DNA of 64,000 bases from Octopus bimaculoides (taxonomy: Eukaryota), in contig NC_068990.1 in assembly GCF_001194135.2 (NCBI RefSeq), forward strand, positions 92,734,648 to 92,798,647, in the 5' to 3' direction. The notes below the pieces were generated by a model that had not been told where the DNA came from, searched no databases, and worked only from the letters and a program-made list of their open reading frames with translations. Both the position numbers and the translations under genes were made by a program. Below are positions 11,582 to 22,700 of the stretch, in pieces; position 1 is the stretch's first letter; each line of letters starts with the position of its first letter.

Positions 11582-12646
11582 TTACAAGTTCGTTTTTTCT
11601 TCTGTGGTGGACCCTCTTCTGTGTCGTGATTCCTGAACCGAACTTCTAAGTTTTCTCTTTCTTGCAGACAATTTCCCGGTCCCTTTAACGACCGGTTTGG
11701 GCCTTTTGTCATATTTTGCATCCTGGAATATTCGTCGTAACTTTTCATAGTCTGGTTCTTCGTCGTATTTTAGTTTTTCAATAGTTTTGAAGTAAGTTTT
11801 TAAAGTTTCAAATGGAATTTTTGAAAGATTCTTTAATAGCACTTCCTTCTCATGTTTCACTTGTTCTTTATTTTCCAAGTATTTCTCCCAAGGTAAACTC
11901 CCTGTAAGCCATTCATACATACAGAATCCCAAAATTTGGAAATCTCCTCTTCGAGATGGATCAGCACCTTCATGAGCATCCAGACTCGTATATAACAACG
12001 TTCCATTATGAGCTTTCTTCTTCTCTGGTTTATACACCTTGTGTTTGCCATTTAGAAATATCTTCGCAGCCAGACCATAGTCTATCAGATATACCTTATC
12101 TATTTTATTACTATCTGCAGCAAATAATATATTACCGGCTTTCAGGTCGGCGTGGACGTAGCCATGGTGGTGGATACACTCTAAAGCATCTATCATTTGT
12201 TTGGCAACACAATAAACTGTAGATTCGTCGAGATTAGATCCATTTTCTTCCAAAAATGTCTGGAGATTTTTACCGTATTTAGGTATAATTATGAATCGAT
12301 AGTCCTTGTCTTTATATTCATGTATGCCGTTTGCTATGAATTCCGGTATGGCAAGATGAGCCAAACGTTTACCTTTTAGATAATCTTGTATAATATTTGG
12401 TCTGGCAATCGTCTGTAAAGCATGGAATTCATTAAAGAGTGGGCCGTTACCAATGGGTTCGACTTTAGCAACACATTCTTTGGCCTGTGAAGAAGCAACT
12501 TGTCTAGCTGTGTAAATTAAACCAAAACCGCCGAAACCAATCTTTTTTATAATGGAATATCTCCTTCTATCAACAGACTCTAAGATCTCACTTGCTGGAA
12601 ATTCTGTTGCATGTCTGTATCCTTTTGCCACGTGAACCTTCTTCAT
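11582..12646 (-). CDS. VRK1: Intronless VRK1-like Ser/Thr kinase, copy B, 354 aa
   Basis: Single ORF with the same VRK motifs as copy A; catalytic residues intact (VAK Lys, HADLK Asp, DYG); near-identical C-lobe, different C-terminal tail. Confidence 0.9.
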   Translation of the reverse strand: MKKVHVAKGYRHATEFPASEILESVDRRRYSIIKKIGFGGFGLIYTARQVASSQAKECVAKVEPIGNGPLFNEFHALQTIARPNIIQDYLKGKRLAHLAIPEFIANGIHEYKDKDYRFIIIPKYGKNLQTFLEENGSNLDESTVYCVAKQMIDALECIHHHGYVHADLKAGNILFAADSNKIDKVYLIDYGLAAKIFLNGKHKVYKPEKKKAHNGTLLYTSLDAHEGADPSRRGDFQILGFCMYEWLTGSLPWEKYLENKEQVKHEKEVLLKNLSKIPFETLKTYFKTIEKLKYDEEPDYEKLRRIFQDAKYDKRPKPVVKGTGKLSARKRKLRSSVQESRHRRGSTTEEKTNL

Positions 12647-13849
12647 TTTGACTTAATCGTTAGTCGTCTCTGGCCTGACTAATTACTGTGAATCGTGGTC
12701 ACATTTTTCACACAGAAAATACTTCCGGGAAAGTAAAATAAATAAATAAAATTCAGGTTATTTCGCTTTACTTTTTAATATTATTTTCGTATCTTTCTGA
12801 TTTCTTCTCCACTCTTGTAGTGTCAACTTCGAAATTCTCTAAAGACGGGGTTGCCAATTCAGCACCTATTTTAGTCTTGCCAGAAGACCCAAACTTTTAC
12901 ACAACCAAGAACCCCTTTTATTCAAATGAATTCTTCCATAGATTCCAAGCTTTTGAAAGTAAAGTTACATGTCATTACGTACATATGACTGACTGCAGCA
13001 TTTTGTGCCGTATCCTGTAACTTGTTTGTAGTGAAAGAAGTACAAGAAGCCGCATGATAAATTGGCGTAAATTTCGTATCTGTTGATTTCATTTGTACTG
13101 TTCATTAACGCCAAATTTCAGGTTGATATTGATTAATGTTATATGAGAAACACGGATGATTATTTATTTATTTAATTTATATCATAAAGCTATTTTATTT
13201 TATTTTTTGGCTGAATATGGCGGAAGGGGCGGAGACCATGCTTGTTGTTGCAGGCCTTCCAACAATGGTGAGATCGATGGCGTTAATGCAGGACCAGGTT
13301 TAAACCACAGGGGGCCAAGGGCACTTCAAATTCAGTAAGCCCCTCATACACAAGAATTAAAATCTTGGAAAATTGGCTCTAATTTAAATCTCAAAACCCA
13401 TCTATTGCATCTAATTGAATTTGATGAGTTAGCAGAGAAAGTTTAAATAAACGACTGAAAACGTCACTTCATAGATACACTTTTCGAAATTCGAATTTTT
13501 CCCCACTCACCTATCCACTTGCAGTGTTTCTTCACTGTGAAAAGCACAATGAAGAAAACAAGAGTAAAAGTTTTTTTCTTTTCTTTAATGCGAGTTAGAA
13601 TACGATAAAATGATTTTTAAAAATTACGAAAAAGAAAAATATATCATTTTAGCAATTGTTCAGTGTGTGTGGTGGTGGGGGCGGAGAGACAAGTATTTAA
13701 AAGATATGAATTTTTTAAAAAACTATTTAAAAATAGTTTCCATTCGTTGTTTTGCAGTGCGTACAAAAAAGAAAAAAAAAAGGAAAATCCTAACAAAAAC
13801 GAGGAAATTCAAACAAATATGAGACAATTATTCCAAAACTAATACCGTG

Positions 13850-14560
13850 ATGCTGTCCTCAGCTCAGTGAGAGAGAAATTCCCACAACTTTACTGCCTTG
13901 CATGGCAGGCTTTCCATTGCAGTCCCTCTCCCATTAGCTTGGTGCTCTCGAGATGCCTCAATCACTGACCTTGCCTTTCAGTCCATCTTGCAGTCAAAGA
14001 TGGCTGCCCTTGAGCAATTGCTGAAAAATATTTAAGCTGTCAAAACCCATCAAGGTTTTTTTCATACTTAGGAACTACATCTTGATCCCTAAGCTTCTAT
14101 ATTTACTCAGAGTCAGCTCATCTTACCGATTCCCATTGTGCCTCCAACGCTTCAACAACCTAATCTTTGAAAGACTCAAATGCTTAGTCAATGTCAGACT
14201 CTCTCCAACATTCCGCATTCAGGCTGCATTGCCCAAGCGATTTGGAGGTCTTGGTCTTCGTAAGTGTTTGTTCCTCTCTCTCTCCTCTGCTTCCTTTCCT
14301 CCACTCACACCTGCTCCACACTAGTGAGCAACATCCTCTCCTCTCTAGCATGGACCAGTTCCAACAGGGAGTTGGATGAAGCTCTCCAACACTGGAGGGA
14401 ATTGGACTTGTCTGCTCCTGAGAAGGTGAAGGACTGTTGGAGTCAGAGAGCTTGGGACAACATAATTTCAAAGGCCACCTTTGACTCCCTCTTCATCCAG
14501 TCAGACCAGTTTTCAAGGTGCCGCTTACTGTCTACTATTGCCAAATTTTCTTCTTCAATT
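13850..14560 (+). mobile_element. Decayed CRE-like non-LTR retrotransposon fragment (region after RT)
   Basis: Frameshifted peptides PKLLYLLRVS..QAALPKRFGGLGLR and SQRAWD, resembling the LPxRxGGLG segment of CRE/R2-group elements. Confidence 0.55.
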
Positions 14561-15225
14561 CTTTGGAATCACATTTGAAAAAAGAAACTCATACACATCA
14601 ATATCTATTCTTATGCACCAGAAAGATCAGAAATTCGACAAAAATTTAAAATCTAGGTCAAATGAAAGACAGTCATGGAAAACTGGCATTATATGAAATA
14701 ATGGAACTCGACTAAATCAAAAAAAATTGAACAAAAAATATTCTCTATAGTTTCTTCGTGAACTTCTGGCGTAGCTCTTGGCAGAATTCTTGTTTAAGCA
14801 TCCCATATAACCCCACATAACTTTTTTTATTTTTTGGCATTTTTTAAACTTTTTTGCAAGTAAGTGTTCTACATATGAGAATTCATACAACTATGGAAAA
14901 AAAAAAATTTTTACTTTTGCGAATTAAAAATTAATTTTTATATTTTAATTTCTTTTTTTTTTTTTTTTTCAGTTTAAAATATGGTCAGTCCGAATTTTTG
15001 GTTTAAATCCCAGCAATAGCCCAATAAATGTGTTTATGGAGAAAGCCATTGAAAATTTTTTTTTACTTTTTATAATCAATCACAGTGTTGTGGTTCATTT
15101 GCACCTCTTCCCTACAGAAAAGGATAATTGTTAGTTATTTCACCAAACCATAAATAACAGTTAAGAGCGTTCTCCATTCGGTTGCACAATTATTGCTGGC
15201 TTCAATTTCTTTCGTTTCGCTAAGT

Positions 15226-15312
15226 TCACTCGCGCGAGTTCAATATGTTGCTATGGAAATATATTGCAATGCCGACTTCCGGCGTGTCAAAAATGGTTGT
15301 ATCTGATTGGCT
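15226..15312. promoter_or_regulatory. CpG-containing promoter-like motif cluster between VRK copy B and CHID1
   Basis: X-box-like GTTGCTATGGAAAT 15247-15260, ETS ACTTCCGG 15275-15282, YY1-like CAAAAATGG 15288-15296, reverse CCAAT (ATTGG) 15306-15310. Confidence 0.45.
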
Positions 15313-16488
15313 GAAATTAGAAGAAAAAAAAATTCATTCTTGAAACGTTAATAACATCTTTATTTTTAATTTTCCCAAAAACTGGTTGATTTTCGTTATT
15401 AGCATCGAAAATTACTCCTGTGTAGAAATTTTAGAAAAACTCAGATCTGTTATGTGAAACCGAACAGATCCCAAACGATTTTATTATTAAAGTCCTGATT
15501 TTCATACCTATTCTTCTTACTTTTTTATTGGGGGATTTAGAACCGACTCTTGCGTTCGATTTGAAGTATGATCCACTTATTCTATATCGAACTACCTACT
15601 CATTGTATTATAGCGTATCTGGTACCTTTTGTTGCATAACTGCTAACTTTAACGTAATTTTCAGGTAAACTCAGAGCAGCATAAGGTTAGGTCTTCGAAT
15701 CACTGATAGAGGCATGTTTCTTTTAGTATGGTTAATACATTCTGTAAAGAAAAGTCACAGTATTTAATGATTTAAAAATCAAACCATATTTATATCGAAC
15801 AATTTTTACTTTCTGAAGTAAATTTGTAACTACAAAACACGAGAAATTGTAGAATTTTACGAGAATTTTTATGTCTTTTTAGTAATCCTACGCACTATTA
15901 TTTATTGACTCTTAAAATTAAACCCTCATAAGTATATTTTAACTTCACTACTTATTTGAACTGAAAATCTTCAAATAAAAAAATTTCTTTAGATATAAAA
16001 GACAAGGAAAGAATCATGTTAAGATTTTGGAAGAGAAATTTCAGACGATAAAATATATTCGTACATTTCCGTAAATACTATATTACTAGCTTGACGTTGG
16101 TTGCCGAAATCTAACGAAAATTTTCGTCAGCAATCGACATGTAGTTGGAAAGACGCAATATTGTGTGTCCGATGTGAGGAGGGGTAGCAGTAACAGCATG
16201 TAACTGCATAGAGAGAGGGAAATAAAAAAAGAGTGTAAGTGCGAGAAAGAGAGGAAGGGAGGAGATAATAATGAGTGAGAGGAGGAGGGAAACGTGAAAA
16301 ATGTGAAGCGGTGAGAACAGAAGTAAAACATTATTTATTGTAAGAAATTCACTGTGCAAAGACGAAATTATTTAACTGTAAGGGATTCGCAGGTATGTGA
16401 TTTTATTAAAATAAAGATATTAATAATCAGACAAGAAAAGAAGCAAACTAGATCTTGTATTAAACATTTGAAAGAGACTATGTATAAA

Positions 16489-16528
<40 letters not shown>

Positions 16529-18051
16529 TGGAAATGAGGCATGTATGCATAGTGAAAGTCAGATATATATATATATATATACATATATGTTTGTGTGATG
16601 TATGTGTGTGTTGGAGGAGGGAGAGAAACAAAGATATATTGATAGAGTTTTTAGAAGGCGGGAAATTTTATTTCTTTCACCGGTTGCTTTCATCTGAACG
16701 ACGTGGCTACTTCATAAACAACAAATGTTGATGACTGAAATTTATCTTTATGATCATCGGTTAGATATATTTGCTCTACGATCGACACATTCAACCTAAC
16801 GTACGTTGATAACCCTTCGATTGAAGTACAAAGCTTGTCTGTAATGTAGACCACATGCATCTGAATCTTTGGTGACATAGGAAAATAGATCTGACAGTTT
16901 ATATATGTGTATATAGTTTTATTATTATTAATCGGTAGAAATTAGTGACTCACAAGTTGAGAATTTCTTTTGTTAAGTGTTAATGCACTAAACTCTCAGT
17001 CCTTTAGTCTAACTTCTATCGATTAATAATAATTATTATATATACAATTGTCGAATGTACATAAACAACGACCTCCTGTACAAAACAAGGAGATCGCATA
17101 GAAATGACACGCTGCACTCCCCGAATGTTTACAAAAATTCTTAAGCATGGTGTTGTCTTAGTGTTTATAAATATATTGTAAAACGGTAATTAAGTCATTT
17201 TAATTAGCTTAAATAATCTCAGGTTCGTTTGCTCATAAAGTATTATGTCTACTCTATACGTGTGAATCTCCGAATGTCTGACAAAATTCCAAGATGTATT
17301 GTTCCGTGTCTATAAAATTACATCTTAAAACGGGAATTAACTCAGTATGATTTATTTGCAAATTGATGGAAGTAGCATGTATCTTTATTAGTCTCTTTCG
17401 ATTCATAAAGGAGGTTGTTGATATACATGTTCGACAACTTGGCCACCCCATCATACACACGTACGTGTGTATTATATCTGTATGGTGCAACAACGGGACA
17501 CATCCATTATCTGTTGAATATGTTAACTATACACGAAAATATATCATGTATATATATATATATATATATNNNNNNNNNNNNNNNNNNNNNNNNNNNNNNN
17601 NNNNNNNNNNNNNNNNNNNNNNNNNNNNNNNNNNNNNNNNNNNNNACTAAGGGGGCCCATCCGCAACTACAATGCTATCATTTGATTTTTTTTTTTTAAT
17701 TATTCTTTTCAACTGTCTACAGACACAGCCAGGCTGAAATGATTAATGCATTCCTCCAGGAGTGAATAAAAAATTCTCAGGGGCCCCCGTATATGGATTC
17801 TAATGGTACGGGGCCTATTTGCCATTGGGCAAGCTGGCAACCTGTCCAGTCCGCCAAAAAAAAAACAACGATGCGAGTACGTGGTACATGTAAAGTATTA
17901 GCAGACGCTCAGGGAAGGAAAGAAAGGTGGTTTTACGTTTCGAGCAAAACTCTTCTTCAGAGACAGGAAAGTCCAAGAGAAAAGGAAGACGGAGGGGGAA
18001 AAAATCGCCGACGATTCACATGTGGTTACATTTTGTATATATACATATATA

Positions 18052-18084
<33 letters not shown>

Positions 18085-19773
18085 TGTGTGCAGGATGGGA
18101 GAGACATCTGAAAGAGCTTCTTGTTGACTTTGGAGCAAGAGAGAGGAGTTAAGCTGGAAGCCAGGAGGAGATGAGCAGTGATTTGGCCATCTCTACTGAC
18201 CCACCGATGGGAGAGTGTTATGGTCTAGGATCGAAACACCTGATGAATGTTAGATACCATCTGATGACATCAGTTCCTCCTGGGCAAAAAAAAAAACCCA
18301 TTCACTTCTGTCAGTGGAAAAAGCACCTCCTTCTAGGTGTTATTCACACACACGAAAGAAAGTAAGAAAATGGAGATATAGCATTTAATAAAAATTTATT
18401 ATCTGCAAAAATTTTTATCAAATGTTTTATCTCCATTTTCTTTGTTTCTTTTGAATGATCACAAACTGTGATTAAAATATAAACCTATTGTTTTATGAAT
18501 ATTATTATTCACAACAAATATTAGGTATTGAACCACTAATTCATTGGATGACACCATCCCTTAATGAGGTTAATTTAACCTCTAACTGAATATATATATA
18601 TATATATCAAAGGGAAATAGTGAGTTTAAATCTCACTGGAATCAACTTAGCCTTTCATCGTAAAAATTAGTCATAAGTCAAGTACAAGGGTCAGTAGCAT
18701 TGATTTACTCCTCACCTCAAAATTGTTGACCTTATTCCTCTATTAGAAACCATTGCTGTTATTGTACATGTGTGTGATAGACATAAGGACCCAGTAATAA
18801 TAATGGTTTATAAGCCCTTTCTTGTTCTAATGGAATATAGCCTGACCTATGTAGACAGCCTGTATGCTGGTAATTATTATATTTAGTAACTTGTAATAAA
18901 ATCTTTTCCTTGTCACTATGGTAATTGTTCTCTACATAAAAATGTCATAATAACAGCTGCAATAATAGTGATTCTTGGGTATATAATGGTTTAATTGTCA
19001 GTTAGAGTTACGCAAGCCTATGTTCACCAACATACAGTGTGTTTGTATCACATCATTGCATTGTATTCTGTTTGTTTGTTTATTACATTTTACTGTTGCT
19101 GATTATTTTGATTTATTATAAGGCACGAGCTGGCAAAAATGGTTAGCACAGCAGACGAAGGACTTCGAGGCATTTCTTCAGGCTCTTCGCATTCTGAGTT
19201 CAAATCTGACCAAAATCAATTTTGCTTTTTATTTTTTCAATGTTGGTACAATTAAATACAAGTCAAGTAATGGGATTGATGTGACTGACTTGACCCCTTC
19301 CCCACCAGAATTGCTGGTATTATGCAAAGACTTATAATATATTGCCATTCATTATGATTTGCAAACCTGGGTACCAAACTATTAATCTGTTAATTGTTAA
19401 TTAACGAGGTTAACTTTGGAAATCATTATTGGACTAATTAACTTCCGTTAACTGAAGTCAATTTGAGTTCACTTCAATTTAATTGAAGTTAACAGATTTA
19501 AGTGTTTTCAAGTGGTTTTAGAACAAAAACTGACTTGGTGGGGGGGGGGTGTTCTATAAGAAAAATTAATGTTAGCAGTTTATTAATAATTTCTGTTCCA
19601 TTAGGAAATAATTAACTGATTAGCAGTTGTCAAAGTTAACTTTTTGGTTAATGGTGAATGAAATTAACTTTTCGATTAATGATGCTCACCTTTGATGATT
19701 TGTTAATGTATAATTGCAGTGTGTTGTTATGTTTTCTACTTCAATGTTTCAGTGACACCTCAAGGGAGACAGC

Positions 19774-22700
19774 ATGAAGCATTTTCTGCTTCTCTATGTG
19801 ACCATAGTATGCCTACTTTCGCCTGTGTTTGCAACATTATCACAGAGTGACAAGAAGAAGAAGAAGCCAAAAGAAGTAAAAGTAAGATTATCTCTTTGCA
19901 AAGTTTGAATTGTGAGGGAGTAAAATTGTTACACTAGTTCTTAAGAACTGGTACTAAGGGACCGGTTGTATGGTTTGAAAGTAGAACCTTTTGAAAACTG
20001 GGGATAGAAAGTGTTTGTAATAATGTCTGAAAGATTTTGACTTGTCTCAGAAATTTTACTAAGGCCATAACTCATACATGTTGTATATGCAGTAGAGATA
20101 TGAGCATGACTGTGTAGTGGATTTGATCTCCTGGCTTGGCATCTTGTGTAAGTGCTTGCAGCTCTAGCCTTGCATTGACCAATGTGTCTTGTGAGTGGAA
20201 TCTGGTAGATAGAAACGGGAAGTTTGTGTGTGTGTGTGTATATTTAGATATATATTTTTATATGTATCTTTTAATCTTTCATTTTTTTGTTTCAGGCATT
20301 TGACTGCGGCTATGCTGGTGCACCGCCTTTAGTCAAACAAATCAACCCCAGGACTTACTCTTTGTAAGCCTAGTGCTTATTGTATCGGTCTCTTTTGCCG
20401 AACAGCTAAGTTACTGGGAGGTAAACACACCAACATCAGTTGTCAAGTGATGGTAGGATTCACCAAGGATTAGTTCTCAGCCCCCTCTTGTTTATCTTAG
20501 TCTTCCAGGCCTTAACAGAGGAATTCAAGACTAGATGCCCCTGGGAGCTCTTTTATGCTGATGACCTTGTTCATATAGTTGAATCACTACCTGACCTAGA
20601 GGAGAAATTTCAGGTGTGGAAGCAAGGCCTGGAATCAAAGAGCTTTAGAGTTAATTTAACAAAAAGCAAAGTCAAAGACAGACAAATCACAAAGCCCTTC
20701 AGGGAAATGGTCCTGCTTGATATGTAAGAAAGATGTTGGTAGAAATTCCATGTGTTGTACCCAGTGCAAGCTTTGGACACCAAAGGTGTAGTGTTATCAC
20801 AGGAAGATTAACAGAGAACTTTGCATGTGGAAAATGTTTGGGTACAATAAGCACTAAAAATATGCAGACGATAGACTTCCTCAAATGGGTGGGTGGGTGG
20901 AGGGCCCTTAGAAGTAGTAGATAGTTTCTGTTACCTAGGAGACCAAGTTAGCAGTGGAGGAGGAAGTTCTGAAAGTGTAGTTGCTAGGACAAGAACAGGC
21001 TGGGCGAAGTCAAGAGAGTTTCTACTTTTGTTGGTAACTAAGGGCCTCTCCCTCAGAATGAAAGGTAGATTGTATGATGCCTGCGTATGTACAGCTATGC
21101 TACATGGTAGTGAAACATAGGCTTTGACTACCGAGAACTTGCAGAGGCTTGAAAAAAATGAAGCTAGCATACTCTGCTGGATGGGTAACGGCAGTGTGCA
21201 TGAGAGAGTGTAAATGATTTAAGAGGATAACCTTAGTTGTGTTCTGTTTGAATCACTAGAAATGAATGAATGCACCCTCATCACCATCACAGTCTGGGTA
21301 ATCCCTTGTTGGCTAAAGTTTTGAATTCAGTAACATTTCTGTTAAAATATTGTTCACGTAACAGTGACCTTTATGTACACCATTGTTCGATGTTTTATTT
21401 TACTGACTCTCTGCCTCTCTCTCTCTATCTCTCTCTGAAACAACCAATATCCATTTTGCTGTATAATCTCACCTGTGCGTCCATCTTTCAGCCTAAACTC
21501 TCTGATAAAACAGTCATACAACGAGGTCTTGTCACTGAACAGGTGAAAGCGAAAGACATAATCAAAGAACATGGTATCTATTGCGACACAAGACGTGAAG
21601 TTAAGAATTTCCGTGGAGAAACTTTGGCCTATGTTACACCAGTTAGTCATCTTAACTACTTTCCATGGTTGTTTGCACTTGAATTATTGTTTCATTGTTT
21701 AATTTTTTCTTGACCAGTCTTTTGTGCATTTCAGTTAATTTATAAAATAATTGAAAATTTCTGAGAGATTTCTTTCTTTAACATATAAGATATTGTCTGA
21801 AAAATACTATTAGAAAATACAAATGTATATTGGTAAATTATGATATTAAGATGGTGTTTGGATCCAAACTTAAAAGAGAAATATATTTATACAAAGCATT
21901 TGGGCTAAATTTGACAGTTTGCATAAAAGGGAAAGACAACACAATATCCAAAAATAAAACAATTTGAGAAAATCAAAAAATATCAACAAAATTATGGCTG
22001 GGAACTAACAGTCTATTCAATGTAGCCACATCCAGCTTCCGCCCTGGCTTCAAGACAACTCCAGAACTTGGTGCATGCATTCCTTATTGTGTCCCTGGAA
22101 AGATCTTTGAAAAACTCCTCGATCTTGGCCGCCAGTTTAACCTTGGTGTTGCAGAGTAGTTAGTTTCTTTCACAACTGCACCCCACACATGGTAATCCAT
22201 GGGATTATAATCAGGGAAATTAGGGAGCCAGTGAAGTCAGAAATTCTCCAACAACAACTTCTGACACCTTTCTAGAGGTATAGCAAGGAGTCAAATCCTA
22301 CTGCTATACATGGCCTTCCAGCAGTAACCCCCTCCAGCCAGACTTTGACCAGTCTCCAGCTGTTTGGCATGGACATTTGATGAAGATGCAATCAGAATGG
22401 CTTCACAATGTTGTTGCAACTGTCCATGTCATGGCTTACAGCCTTTACAATGTTCACAGAGCATTGAGCAGCAGTTTATCAAAGTTGGCATTTTGATGGT
22501 CAGTGTGAATCATCATGATACATGTAACCCTTATTCAAATGGATTCCAGTCTTCCATGTCAACTAACTTTTTCTTCAACTTCAAAATCTTTATGCTCAAA
22601 AATACCTTAGGAATGAGAACCCAGGTTCGGAATTTCCCCAAGACATCTGATGAAGGCTGGAGGGTATGTCAGCCAAAACATTGTGTTAACACCAAACAAG

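Noticed and set aside
12820-13020. 66-aa ORF upstream of kinase B
   Set aside because: No motif, homology or splice context I can support.
3000-13500. Endogenous giant-virus or poxvirus-like island
   Set aside because: No capsid, polymerase, ATPase or dense ORF packing; the spacer holds ordinary host LINE, SINE and MITE relics. Kept only as an alternative origin for the kinases.
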